Shown: positions 14,355 to 27,390, counted from the first letter of the stretch. The stretch: 64,000 nt of DNA from Camelus ferus (GCF_009834535.1 NC_045696.1:73224001-73288000); one strand, 5' to 3'. The notes: generated by a model not told the origin, from the letters alone. Numbers and translations: made by a program.

Positions 14355-14600
14355 AGCAGTACTGTGTAGAGATTAGGAACAGACACTCTAGAGTTAGACT
14401 CAGTGTTGGCATCCTAGTTCTGACACTTAAGAGTTATGTAACTTTGGACAGGTTACTTAGCCTCTTGGTATCTCTGTTTCCTACCTGTAAAATAAGGCTG
14501 ATAACAGTATCTTATAGAATTGTTGTAAAGATTAACTAAGTCAATATACATAAAGTGCTAGAACAGTGCCTGGTACACAGTCAGTATTACATAGGTGATA
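14355..14600 (+). mobile_element. Near full-length MIR SINE
   Basis: 'actctagagttagact...gtaactttggacaggttacttagcctc...tttcctacctgtaaaataagg...aaagtgctagaacagtgcctggtacacagt'. Confidence 0.9.
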
Positions 14601-14614
14601 ACTGGGATTAATAT

Positions 14615-15480
14615 TATTCAAAAATATTTACTGTGCACCTACAAGAGGCCAGGGACTGAGCTGAGCTTTGCTGATAGGTGGGACTGAAATAAATAGTTTC
14701 TTGCTTCGTAGTGGGGGAGACGGGCCAACAAATAAGTAGATAAAGATAATTTTGGATTTCAAAATTTGTGTAAAAGACACAGACACAGGAATAAAATGGA
14801 GAGTAGGAGGAGAAGGAGTGGCTACAGTAGTTATCTATTTAAAGTAGGATGGTCAAGAAAGTGATGTTGAAGACACCCAAGGCACGGATAAGTCTTCATT
14901 GCTAGTAATTAATAATGAGAAGAGCCATGAGGGGCTCTCAGGGAAGAGGTTTCCAGGCAGGAGGAACAGAAAGTGTGAAGATGCCAAAATTAGAACTTTG
15001 TTCTCCCTGAGAACAGAAATGGGAGTAGTGTGGGTAGAAACTTATGGAGAGGATGAAAGAGGTAGGAAATAAAGCTGGTGAGGGGATCAGAGGTTGGATC
15101 AAGACTTGTGGGCCATGGGAAGAAGTTTTGATTTTATGTGGATCTAGAAACCACTTCAGTAAGTTATGAGCAATAGAGAGATATGATTGAATTAACACTT
15201 CAGAAAGACCTGCCTGACTTCTTTTTGGAGAATGGATTGCAGGAGGGCAAGACCGGAAGCAGAAAGATTCATAAGGAGACTGATAGGGCAAGAAATGGTA
15301 GCAGTAGTAGAAAAGGAGAAAAGTGAGTGGATCCAGGCTATGTTCTGGAAGGACAGTTTACAAGCTTGCTGACAAACTGGATGTGGAGCCTATAGGGATA
15401 AAAGGACTCCAACATAACCATCACGGTTTTGGGCTCACGCAACTGGGTGAATAGGGGGGCCATTAACTGAGATGGGGTCT
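14615..15480 (-). mobile_element. L2 LINE (L2a-like), ~0.9 kb
   Basis: 'attcaaaaatatttactgtgcacctac...ttccaggcaggaggaacag...gacaaactggatgtgg...gccattaactgagatgggg' is typical antisense L2. Confidence 0.85.
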
Positions 15481-16899
15481 GATCACTCCTTTGAGACACT
15501 GGTGTATTTAGTATGTTTCTCTTCTTGAATTTTTCACACTGACTCACAGTGAATTATTATATAGCATCATTATTTCCCATTTATATTATTAAGTTCTTGA
15601 GGACATGGAATATATTTGTGTGTATGTGGAGATGTATTTCTAGCTTCTGGTGGAATATCTCATACACAGTATGTGATTAGAAATTCTAGTTAAATTGAAT
15701 GGAAAGAGCCTGGAGAGGAGTAGAAATGAGGTAGTTCAGAGTTGAGATAAACTATTTGTAACAGTGGAAAGGATCAAATAAAGCTTTTTAGACTAAATGG
15801 CCTTGAGATGGGACCAAGCATAGTTGAGTGTTGATATACAATAATAAGGAAGAAGAAATAGAGGAAATAATGTGGGCAAACGTTCTCTGGTTGCAGCATC
15901 TCTCTCTAAAAGTAGCTTCTATGATCATTAAGATTGCCATCACATTCTTCCCTTTCATCTGCATTATTTTATCTTTCATTGGGTTGACTGACGGAGAAAC
16001 CACAACCGTTTTCATTAAGGGCTTTAGTTTGATTTTCACACTATATCAAACTGCATGTTTCTGAGCTTCTTTCTTATGCCATTGTTTGTGCACACCTCTC
16101 TCTCAAGATTTGCCTTTCTCTTTCTTTCCCTACCTCCTCCCTCACTTCCAAAAGACAGGTCTCATGCTTTGTATCAGAGTCACATGGCCAAGGGGAGGGT
16201 GACCAGTTCAGGTTCTGCTGAGCATTTTGCACACACTAGCTATCCCTCATCTGATCATCATATTGCCTAGGACACTCTGAAAGTCACATGTCAGTCGTTA
16301 CATAATCTCAGTTCAGCTCTTTGGATGGCCATTTTTTTCATCTTTAGCATGAAAAATGCTGTTATAAAGCTTTCCTTCTAACAACAGAGATTCCTCTATC
16401 TTTCTCTTTCTCTCCCAAGTAGCTTCCTGATTTTTCCTTTCAAAGGTATTTCCCTGCTTGTCACAGTTGTACTAGCATTCAAAGGACAACTATCCAAGCA
16501 GAAAGTCCCCTTTCATCACTTTTACACCCTTGACTTCTTCCAAACTCGCTCCATGTGGTCCACACATACACAACCAACAAATGTAGAGCTGAGACTGTCA
16601 GATTGAACCAAAAGACCCAAAGAATCATTCTGACTACATAGTTACAGGAACAACAACAAAAAAATCATTTCTTGACTACAATTAAACTACTCATCTTTTT
16701 TCTTTCGGGGACTCAGATTATACCATTCTCACTGTTGCAATGAATTTCACACAAGTGAAGAATTAAAGAAGTTGTTTTGAAAAATGCCTTAGCCACAAAT
16801 TGAGTTTGACAAATACATTGATGTTTTTAAGCTTCAAATAAGTCTACTGACATGTCATTAAAGCAATAGCTTTCAAGTACTTTCTTTATTTAAAAAGTA

Positions 16900-17290
16900 T
16901 TATTTTCTACATATTTATTCTAGAAAATACTGAAAGGCCAAAGAAGAATATAAAAATTGACACCATTCTTTTTCTATGAATATGCATTAATTTTTACAAA
17001 AATACGATTAAATAGTACAGGCTATTTTGTGACCTGTTTTTCCACTTAACAATATATTGTGAACATTACAGCATTAAGTAGTCTATTGATGTAACATTTT
17101 TATTAGGCGGTAGAATATTTCATTGTATATCATATAGCCTTGTCATAATTTAATTAATTCAATTTTATGGGACATTTAGATTGCCCTCCTTTTGCTACTG
17201 AAGTCAAAGTATCCATGCAAACAAGATCTTTGAATATATCCATGAAAATTTTCAATGACAAATACTTAGAAAGCTGAGTTAAAAGATATT
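16900..17290 (-). mobile_element. L1ME-type 3' fragment
   Basis: 'ttttccacttaacaatatattgtgaacatt...tagaatatttcattgtat...ggacatttagattg'. Confidence 0.6.
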
Positions 17291-17748
17291 AAAATACCAT
17301 GACTTTTGATGTTTTCAGTTTAAGATAATAAACTGAGAGGAAACTGCACCTTAATTCATAGGATTGAGTTTAGATGTGGCCTAGAATTGTCATGCACACA
17401 CATGAGAAAGCTTGCTTCACAGACAGGTTTAGGATGCTCCAGTCTGTGAGTAGCAGAAATTACACTGTAGAATTGCTCACAAAACTTCAAAACTTCAAAG
17501 AGTAAAAGTCTATTTGCTGACTATTCCTTATAAATATAATTGGTGAAAATTAATAATTATGAGGCATCCTTTTTTCATTTCATTATGCAGAAACTCCCTT
17601 CCTTATTGTAGGAATTATATTTCTGGTTAAGAGGTTCTTGTGATTGGATACAACTAAAATTGGGGAATAAACAAGCAGACTTTCAAAAAGATTGTGTGTT
17701 TGCTTGTTTGATTTGTTATCTTTATTTTTACTATTTTTTTAAATGCAG

Positions 17749-17850
17749 GACAGCAGTTGACTACTGGAACCCAAAAGGAACCAAAAGGCCCGAAATGAGC
17801 CATAGACTCTCTTGGCTGCAACACATCACCAACTTTGGAGACATAGATTT
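17749..17850 (+). other. Candidate internal exon, 102 nt, phase 2-2, one open frame (TAVDYWNPKGTKRPEMSHRLSWLQHITNFGDID)
   Basis: Long T-rich tract ending 'tgcag|G', donor 'TTT|gtaagt', length divisible by 3, the other two frames blocked, GC higher than flanks. Peptide not recognised. Confidence 0.5.
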
Positions 17851-17929
17851 GTAAGTAATTTTTACTCTTCTCCTTCCCTATATATTTCTTTATCAATCCT
17901 GCTCTATTTTCCTAGCTCCTTCCATTGTT

Positions 17930-18900
17930 TCATAGCACAATTCCCTGCCTCTAGTCTCCCCCTTCTGTGATCTTTATGATTGTGTGTCTGACCTTCCTTA
18001 AACATAATTTTCATCATTCCACTTCTCATTCAAGAACCTCTACGGAGCTCCAAGTGATATCTCTCTCAATTCCTCAGTCTGAGTCCTTGACCAATTGTCT
18101 CAACATTAGGTTACCAACCTTTCTGAGGTATTTTGTTACATTCCAGCCTGAAGAAGTTGTCAGTGACTCCATGTGGGATACATAACAGGGAATATGTTCT
18201 CATGGAACTTCTCCCCCAATAATTCTTTCTTGATTCAGTTACTCAGCATGGTTTTCCATTCCTTAACATCTGACCACACTTACCTTTCCTAGCTCATCTC
18301 CTGCCACTCCTTCCTTCCTCATGATCTGGATTCAAGCCACTCCAGACAGCTGCCTTCCCTGGAAGACTGATGCTCTTCCTTATCTCCTCACCTTGACTAA
18401 TGCTGTTCTCCAGGTCTTGAATGCTTGTCCTCCTTTCACCATGTAAAGAAAGGACCAGTACCAATTTCACTTCTGCAAAACTTGCCCAACTCCCTGAGCT
18501 GGCTTTATACTTCCTTTATATTTATTGCTTCTTACTCTTATTTTCCCACAGCATTTGGTTTAAATTTCTTTGTTTGGATTTATGATGAGTTCTATGTATT
18601 CCTATCTCTCAGACTACACTGTATAAAATCCTCAGGGCCGGCATCATTTCCTATAGTTATTTTTTTTAACATTTTTTATTGATTTATAATCATTTTACAA
18701 TGTTGTATCAAATTCCAGTGTAGAGCACAATTTTTCAGTTATACATGAACATATATATATATATTCATTGTCACATTTTTTTCTCTGTGAGCTACCATAA
18801 GATCTTTCCTATAGTTATTTCTATATTTCCTATGTCCAGTTTTTATTTTTCAAAGGCTGACATGGTGCTTAACATATGTTTGCAATTTGAATGGAATAAA
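17930..18900 (+). mobile_element. Fragmented L2 LINE, interrupted by a young L1 tail
   Basis: 'ccctgcctctagtctcccc...tcatcattccacttctcattcaagaacct', 'ctcatctcctgccactcc', and tail 'catggtgcttaacatatgtttgc...gaatggaa'. Confidence 0.65.
18663..18804 (-). mobile_element. Young 5'-truncated lineage-specific L1 3' end with perfect 16-bp TSD
   Basis: T-tail then 'attgatttataatcattttacaatgttgtatcaaattccagtgtagagcac'; TSD tttcctatagttattt at 18647-18662 and 18805-18820. Confidence 0.88.
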
Positions 18901-19351
18901 TTGTCATAAATTATATGTTGCCTTTGGTCTACATGTTATGTTTCTGTCCTCTGTATTCCACTTTTAAGTGCCTCAAGTTATTGCTTATGTATAAGATACA
19001 TCAACAAACTGTAAGTTAGCCTTTGCTTGGCTCAGTAACTTCCCTCTTCCATCTCTGCTGCCTCTTCTTGAGTAACTCTCCTTCCCAAATGCTTAACATT
19101 AATACTTTATGGCATTCCATAAAGTCAGTGAGATATTCCATAAACCTCTTTTGATTATGAAGAAAAATTATATTTCCCTTGGCTAAGGCTTCCAATAAAA
19201 CTTAAGACAAGAGAATCATTAAAATCAATCACTGTATTACATACTGAGGACCAACCTCTGTCAACTTTTGGTTGTGTATAAGGAACTAAGAAGTTAAACC
19301 CCGTATTATTCTTACCTATTCTCGGTTTAGAGATGCCGTTCTCAAGCTACT

Positions 19352-19540
19352 AGATAATAATGCTGCCCTTCATTGAGCACCTACTCTGAGCAGATACTGT
19401 GTTGATGGCCTAACTTGCATCATTTCATGTAATCCTCACAGCAGTCCTAAAAAATCTATTTTCAAAAACAAAACAGAGGCTTAGAGATGAACTTGTCCAA
19501 AGTCACATAACTAATAGATGGTGGAGCCGATATTCCTGAC
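19352..19540 (-). mobile_element. MIR SINE
   Basis: 'cattgagcacctactctg...taatcctcacagcagtcct...gaggcttagaga...acttgtccaaagtcacataactaatagatggtggagcc'. Confidence 0.85.
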
Positions 19541-19769
19541 AAAAGATCATGTAGATTTTGAGTTATCACTTCCAGTGACAGGTAAACCATTATGTCATCT
19601 GAAAACAACTTTTTGAGGGTTAGGGCTTTTAAAAAAAATATTGAACTGAAATATGTAACTTTCAGCTCTTAGTCACTGTTCTGCATTCTAAGTAGATATA
19701 TGGAAAGGTTATGATAGCCATTAACATTTAAAGGCTGTTACTATTTTTTTCAATTAAGTTTTTTTTTTT

Positions 19770-20100
19770 TTTTCAGACCAAATATCTTCAGCCCTTTCAG
19801 CTGTTCCTCACATGATTTGGCCTCCTCAGATCTCACATCCTCTGGGTTGCTCTCCTTTGGACAAGCTCCAGTTGTGTCAATCAATGTCCCTCTTAAGACT
19901 TGATGAAGCCCAGAGCTGAACACAATGCCCCAGATGTTTTCTAACTGGCACAGACTGCAGTAAAACTATCACCTCCTTTGTTCAGACACTTTACTTCTAT
20001 TAATGCAGTCTGAAATTGCATTACGTTTCTTGGTAGCTAAGCACTTGTTGGTTCACTTTTTACATGCTGTTAACTAAAACCCTTAAGTTTTTTTCCTACA
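19770..20100 (-). mobile_element. L3/CR1 LINE ORF2 C-terminal fragment
   Basis: The minus strand translates, with a frameshift, to VRKHLGHCVQLWAS..LKRDID / LELVQRRAT, matching the CR1 motif VRPHLEYCVQFW..KKDI..LERVQRRAT. Confidence 0.85.
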
Positions 20101-22404
20101 TGGATGATGAAATTTATGAATGGGAAAGCAATTTATAGACTATTAACTACGACACCAATATGATTCATTAATAGTAGCATAAATGGAAGATTTGACCTAC
20201 ATTTAAAGCAAAAGTTCACAAAATAAATTTTAATTGGTAGATATTCTTCTTTCTAAAAATCTCCATCCCATTAAAAAAAAAAAAAACAGGTTAAGTCAAT
20301 CTGCCTACAAATATTAGAGGAAAATCTCTGTAAGTATGAGCTTTCTCACCCATAGACTCTAATATTTCTGAAACACTCCAGTGTTCAACTTCAACCTGGA
20401 AACCAGGCAACAAACACAGTTTTTGTTATGTAGGCTGCTGGACAACTAATATGAGGTCATAATGTTTACCGTTAGAGCAAGGTCTCTTCATCAAATACAC
20501 ACACGTGAATCATGACATTTGACAGCTGCTTGAAGGAAAACAGCCAGCCTATTTTCAGAATGCAGAAAGTGCCCTGCTTAAGAACTAGAATCAACTATTC
20601 ATTTCAGTTCAGAACTTTTTACTAAGCACATAGCATGTGCACAGCATTATAGCAAGTGCTATGAAGAATGCAAAGACAATGGGATTCCTGCCTTCAGCGT
20701 GGGAGAGGAGACAGATATTTAGATACATCCGTAGACAGAAGTACACTCATCATATAAAACCATCATTCACAAGCTCGCTTTCATATTTACTCAAGATTCT
20801 ATGGAATAATAAAGATCACTCCGGAACAACATCAATTATCTTTATCTGGAATTTTCAGTTAATTCAGGAGGCCTCAAGATTTCCATTTACTGTTTAGGTT
20901 AGTTAGAATTGGTTTTTGTTGTTTACAGTCAGCTTGATTCTAACTAAAACTTATGTTAGCATAAAGAATTTGATATCATGACATTCATACCAATATCTAT
21001 GTTATATTTGTATTATATACATATATTTCATAAATGTGTATATGTACGTATATATATATGCACATATGTTCTCTCTCTCCCTGTTGTATACAGGTTGCCT
21101 CACTATGCTCAATCTGTACACCAAACTAAACTTTATCAATTTCACCCTCATCTTCAGCAAAGCATATTCTCTGAATTCTAATTGCAAAATAAATTTTTAT
21201 TAGTATCTTTACTTATGAAGATGTGTTGAGAATTAATGGACAAGTATTAGCTGAGTTAGGGAATTTCAATAGAGTCTATTGATGCTGAGTGATTATTTAA
21301 CAGATACTGGTGGCTTGTTGCAAGAAGGCTTATGAGGCCTCCACACACCCATGCCTTAATTGCAGCAAACTCCAGTGCTTCTTTAGCTTCTAATTTTGGA
21401 TGAATATCCAAATTCTGAAATTTACTATCCAGTTCTCTAGTCACTAAAATAGAGAACACTGCAATCTTAAACCTCGCTTCAAAATTGTTCTTCACAAAAT
21501 TTTATGATGTATCAAAATAAGTCATGTCTGAAGTAAATGTTCTAATTTTAGAACCACTTTAGAAACCACTTTAATGTAGAATAATCTCCAGTACACTTAC
21601 TGGTGAAGACATATTCCAAAAGAAGGAAGCAATTTGCAAGTTTTTTTTTTTTTTCTGACTGAACGCAGCCTCCAAAAACAAATACTCATTTATAATGCAT
21701 GGAGTTTATTTTAAAGCAAAAATTGTGTCATATTCTGCCATGAGTAAATAATTATATTTCCCACTTTCTTCTTCCTTCCATCCAGACCTAGTAATATTTG
21801 AATTGATCTACAAAAAATTACACTGAAATTTTTCAACAATTTAATTAAATACAATAATAGCATTAATACTGTGGATAGTCTACACATGCAAACCAGTCTG
21901 CTTGGAATAATTTGACCATTTAAATTAGTCCAGTTTCTTATTTTTTAAAAAGTAAACAACCAGTTTCATTATTTTTTGACTGATAGGTCAAACTGGGCTT
22001 TGCATGCAGTACTCAAAACAGGCCTAAAGTATCAAAAAAGATGAAAGATTTGCCAACAACACTTAACTAAAACTTAATTACTCAATGCAGCCAGAGGCCT
22101 GGTTGGGCCTCATAGGTGCAAAGTTGAAACTTAGTCATGTGAAGATACTTGATACTAACAGCAAACAGGAACCAGAATTCAAATATTTGCTTTGTTTTAG
22201 TACTTTAACAAACCAGGGCTATAAAAACTCAATGCAGAATTGGGTCAAAACAAACTCAATATAGGAGGTTTGTTAATTATTTGCCTATACAACACAATAT
22301 ACATTTTCAAATGTTAAACATTCAATAAATGCATTTTTTGTAATGCCAAATGTCTGACTGTGCATGTTTTCATAGACACAACTAATACAAAATAGAATTA
22401 AGAA

Positions 22405-23125
22405 TTAATGACATATGATCTAGCACTCCCACTCCTGGGCACATATCAGGGGAAACTCTAATTTCAAAACGTACATGCACACCAGTGTTCACAGCAGCAG
22501 TATTTACAACAGCCAAGACATGGAAGCAACCTAAATGTCCATCGACAGATGACTGGATAAAGAAATTGCACTATATATATATGTATATAGAGAGAGATAG
22601 ACAATGGAATATATATACATATATATAATGGACTATTACTCAGCCATAAAAAAGAATGAAATAATGCCATTTACAGCAACATGGATGGACCTGGAGATTG
22701 TCATACTAAGTGAAGTAAGCCAGAAAGAGAAAGAAAAATATCATATGGTATCAACTTTATATGTGGAATCTAAAAAAAAAGACATAAATGAACTTATTTA
22801 CAAAACACAGACAGACTCACAGATAAGGAAAACAAACTTACAGTTGCCAGCGGGGAAAGGGTGAGACAGGGATAAAGTGGGAGTTCAGGATTTGCAGATA
22901 CTAACTACTATCTATAAAATAGATAAACAGCAAGGTCCTACTGTATAGCACAGGCAACTAAATTCAATATCTTATAATAGCCTATAATGAAAAAGAATAT
23001 GAAAAGAAATATATATATATGTGTATAACTGAATCACTATGCTGTACATCAGAAATCAACACATTGTAAACCAACTATACTTCAATAAAATAAAAAAAAA
23101 ATAAAAATAAAAAATTTAAAAAAGA
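22405..23125 (+). mobile_element. L1 3' end (ORF2 C-terminus, 3' UTR and A-tail), camelid/cetartiodactyl type
   Basis: ORF 22604-22864 (MDYYSAIKKNEIMPFTATWMDLEIVILSEVSQKEK) is the classic L1 3' region; 'ctgtatagcacagg...ctgaatcactatgctgtaca'; A-rich tail at 23084-23123. Confidence 0.95.
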
Positions 23126-23159
23126 ACAAATGAGAAATCATCTTGTCTTTTGATACTTA

Positions 23160-23332
23160 AACTGGGGGTTTGCATCCCTAGCTGTACATTAAAATCAGCT
23201 GAGAAACTTAGACAAATAGGTCACTATAAAAGATTCTGATTTATATGGCCTGGGACAGGGTCTACACATTTTTTTTTTTTTTAAGCTTCTCAGGCAATTC
23301 TAATATGTAGCTAATTTTGAGAATGACTGACC
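23160..23332. mobile_element. MER5A-like hAT-Charlie MITE
   Basis: 'gctgtacattaaaatcagctg...agattctgattta...tttaagcttctcaggcaattctaat...ttgagaatgactg'. Confidence 0.75.
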
Positions 23333-23386
23333 TAAACTTTTCTAATCCTTAAAGTATTATTTACAGAAAAAATATTATTTAGCATA

Positions 23387-23680
23387 TCAGGGGTTGAACA
23401 CTCAAAAGCCACTAGGGCATTAGGTAGGTAAACTGATCTGGAGGAAGGTGAGAGGAGCTGGTGGGGATTATGGCAAATCAGGAGAGACTCAGTCTGAAGG
23501 GGACATCCATTGCTTAGTTCCTGCCACTTGTCATGTAGGAGTATAAGTCATAATTTCAGCTCTTCTGTTTCCCTTAAAAAAGAAAAGAATTCTGGATATT
23601 TTGATCATGAAATGTCCCCCCCCCTTTTTTTTTTTAAAGAAGCCAAACAAAACATATCTGTATCACCAATCTTCTAAGCC
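23387..23680 (+). mobile_element. MER102 hAT-Charlie element
   Basis: 'caggggttgaacactcaaaagcc...ggcaaatcaggagag...gtctgaagggg...gccaaacaaaacatatctg' follows the MER102 consensus order. Confidence 0.7.
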
Positions 23681-23836
23681 AAAAAGGCTTAATTCTCTTT
23701 TGCCATATAAACATACTCTTGTTATATGGCTGTGGATGGTTTCAAGATTTGCTCTTGTTTTAGGTTCATTTTAATTAAAGAATTATTCATTTATCTTTCT
23801 GCCAAGTATTTCTTCCTAACTGGATCGAGGATTTCT

Positions 23837-23986
23837 GATTTATTTAATTTTTTATTAAAATATAATTGACACACAACATTATATTAATTTTGATGTATAA
23901 CATAATGACTTGATACTCGTATAGACTGTGAAGTGATCACCACAAGAAGTCTAGCTAACGTCCATCACCCTACATAGTTATAGAAT
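23837..23986 (-). mobile_element. L1 (L1MA9-like) 3' end with 16-bp TSD
   Basis: 'tttattaaaatataattgacacacaac...gtgatcaccacaagaagtctagctaacgtccatcacc'; TSD tggatcgaggatttct (23821-23836) and tggatcaaggatttct (23987-24002), one CpG-type mismatch. Confidence 0.85.
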
Positions 23987-25699
23987 TGGATCAAGGATTT
24001 CTAGCTATGATTTTGCCTAATGTAAGCACATAATGAATCTATTACTCTTTAGATCTTGTTCAGTTAAAATAAATTTGTCCATGATGCACTTTTCTCATGT
24101 TATCAATGGCATAATTTTATCTTCATCTATTCATATCTCCCCTCCCCTACCAATAGTAAATCTCACGTGTGATACTAGAATTCTTTCTTCAACTTCAATT
24201 GTAGTAATTGGTCACAGACTTCACAACATTTGTCATTTTTAGTTTTTCTTTTGGGGACAAATGTTATATCTGGCCATTTGAACTGTACCAATAAAGTTTA
24301 GTTTCTTCTAAAGAATGTCATATTTTCATATTCTATGGTATCAAATAACACCACTTAGCTTCACTGCTGTTAATACCTACACACACACATGAATGAAAGC
24401 AGCCTCTTTATTTTCCCTTAGAAATCTAAAAATCTTATGTTATACCAGTACCCATAAATATGTATACAAATATCAATAAGCTTATGTTTACATAGGTACA
24501 TGAAGTGCTTTGACTCCTTCCCATAAGAACATGGAGGTTCTCATTTCTTACCACAGCAGCCAAGCATGAAGGTGACAGGTTTGTGAGCAGACTTGCTGAG
24601 AAACTCCATCACCATTATAAGCAATGAAAAGAAGAGATGACATGAAAACTTCATGAATTATGAATAAAAAAAATCTACTCAAAGTTTTAAAAGTTTTAAC
24701 GTTTATTTGAGGCCTACAATTACTGTACAGAAGTTTGGGAAATTATACCAAGGCTGATGGGAAGGCACAAATGAGCTAATAGTAAAAGACATGATTTATT
24801 TGTGAAAGGTTCTGTCTTTTGAGTGAGCCTCCAATGGAGTTGTGTGTATGTGATTAGGTAAAGTTTTTCTGTGTGAGATTAGTTAAGGTGTTTTTGATCT
24901 GAATTAGGGTCACGAAAACAAGAGTGATCTTGAAGACCTCCCTGTGTGAATGCAGGCTTAAACAAATCAATTAGCAAATATATAAATGCCCAGAGTAGAT
25001 GATAATTCAGTGATATTTAACTTAATAGTGACAAATACTATGAATAGTTATAGTTATAAATATAAATAGGTATAAATTCAACCAACTCATGATTTGATTC
25101 ATAAAGCTGACTCCTGATAATACAACAGGAGAAAATGAACTTTTCTGTGGCACTCCATCATTTGCGGAATCCACCATTTCATTCAGAGGAAGGATGCCAT
25201 AAGGTACTTGGAATATGAATTTATTGAAGGGCAACATTTTCCTCATTCTGCTATGGCAGAAAAAATCATAAAATTTGGAGTTGTCAGTATAAACACGTAT
25301 ACATGTAACATTCATACGTGTATGCATGCATGTGTAACACAAATGTTATATGTATGAATATGTAACATACATATACCCATGTCTGGCTTCCTTTCTTTCT
25401 CTTTCCTTTTCTATTTCCTTCCTTCCTTCCCTCCTTCCTTCTTGGTAACAAAGAAATAAGTAAACATTCAGTACTGTGATGCAGTCAACTTTTGTGACAA
25501 GGGGACATTTAATCAATAATTAGTATTTACTGAAGTTTTACCTAAAGGTATTATTTAAAAACATAACAGACAATTTTATTTCATTTTTTTTTGTAGGAAA
25601 GAAAGGTACAGGCAGTATGGGCTATTCAAATATTTTATGTACTATATTGAAGTATAGGACATACTATGACACTTGCCAGCTGTTTTTGGTAGAATTATA

Positions 25700-25860
25700 G
25701 AAAGCTAGACCTGGAGGCTACCTAAGGTAGCATATAGATTAAATTCCTTCTTTTACAGAGGAGAAGAATAAAGCTCTTACACACTAAGTATCTACCACAG
25801 ACAATCAAAATTTAAACCTAGGTTTTCTGATTCCAAGTCAGCAGCCCTTTCAAGTCTACC
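25700..25860 (-). mobile_element. Degenerate MIR
   Basis: 'ttttacagaggagaa...aacctaggttttctgattccaagtcagcagcccttt'. Confidence 0.55.
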
Positions 25861-26199
25861 AAACAACCAAAATAAACAAAACAAACACTCTGAGTCCACA
25901 ATTCTCAGCACGTGGGTAATTAAAAACAAAAAAAGATCCTCAACATTTGGTGAAAAAGTCAGCCAGCTCTTTAACATACGGATAAAGAGGCTATATTTTT
26001 GTTCATTTGTTTAAATTTTCAATCAATAGTTTTGATACAATATGCATCATTTAACCCGTAACTCCCACCTTAATAAAGTAAAAGAATGGTACTGGGCAAA
26101 TATTATTCTTGCTTAAAGTGATTAGCTATAGTCTTATTAGTTCTGATATCCAAGTTCGTTGCTACAAAATAGATTAGACTATTGAATGCTGTGTTATAG

Positions 26200-26420
26200 G
26201 GAACCATGAATAGAACACTTATTTGACATTAGAAAACTCTGAGTTCCAGTCCTACCCAGTTATTTACCAACTGGGTGACCTTGGGAAATGTAAACTGTCT
26301 GAGCCTTGGTTTCCTTATCAGCAAATTGGGTGTATTAGCACATATCCTAGAGGATTCCTCTCAGTATTAAATAAGATGATGCACTCAAAGTGTCTGGCTC
26401 TGATGCTCACTAAGGTTCGA
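26200..26420 (+). mobile_element. MIR SINE
   Basis: 'ctgagttccagtcct...ctgggtgaccttgggaaa...tctgagccttggtttccttatc'. Confidence 0.8.
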
Positions 26421-26659
26421 TGCTTCATCCCTGACATTTTACCGGCAATTGGTAAGATGGTAGTTGGTGAGCTTTCTGGGGCTATCCTGAGATGACTGGT
26501 TGATGTCTGAAACTACTTGGAAGACTGGACACTCATAAAAGAGCACCTTCTTATTTTTAAGTTTGTTTCACATAAGCTATTTGGTTCTAAATCTACTGGC
26601 CAAGCAGAAGCCTATTTTGTACTCATTGTTGGCTTGTAGTTTCCAAGGTAAACTATATA

Positions 26660-27390
26660 TCCCTTTCATTTCCCTAGTTTGACACATAAGGTGCTCATTA
26701 AATGCTTGTTGAATGAATGTCATCAAGCTTTCCATTAGGCTGTGCTTTGTGCATATATTCAGACACAGGAGCACGTGTGAATGTAAACTCAGGGGCAGGC
26801 ACTTGGCCCATTTTGTTCACTGCTCTATCTCCAGTGTTTATAGCAGTTGCTTGGCACATAATGAGTGTTCAAAAAATATCTGCTGAATAAATTAATGAAA
26901 CTGTATGTGTATACCATCTCATTCTAGACACTGTAGGAAGCAAGCTATTAATGGTTCCTGTTTTTTAAAAGCACTTACACCAACGCATCCAATGAAAAGA
27001 TTAAGAAACAACAGAACAATTGAAAAAATCGTCTATACTTCTGTTAAAGTATTCAAATTTGTACAGCATTTTTAGCTACTACCATTATAAGAAAAAAGTA
27101 AGATCATTTCTAAAACTAAACTAAAATTTAAAATTCTGTTCTTAAAGGCCTTTTGAAAAGAGTACCATGTGTCCTTACTATCATACATAAAAGATGGCTT
27201 TGCATGTTTTTGACCTTTTCTAAGTTCATAAACAATGTGTTATTCAGTTTTGTTTGGTTTACATGTTTGTCTCCCTTGTTCAACTGCAAATCCACTGAGA
27301 TTATGAACTGTGACTAGTTTGTGTCTGTATCTTCATCACCTGACATTGTCTGACATCTACTTAGGTGCTCAATAAATGCTTGAAGGAGGA
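26660..27390 (+). mobile_element. Three L2 3'-end fragments (about 26660-26720, 26780-26900, 27250-27390)
   Basis: 'ggtgctcattaaatgcttgttgaatgaatg', 'ttgttcactgctctatctccagtg...ttggcacata', 'aggtgctcaataaatgcttg'. Confidence 0.75.

Noticed and set aside
15788..16064. Overlapping antiparallel ORFs, one with a hydrophobic TM-like stretch
   Set aside because: Hydrophobicity follows T-rich composition; no splice signals or homology.
25022..25342. 106-aa minus-strand ORF with a NAGNAG acceptor near 25255
   Set aside because: Starts in a low-complexity purine/pyrimidine tract, has no good donor, and resembles no protein I recognise.
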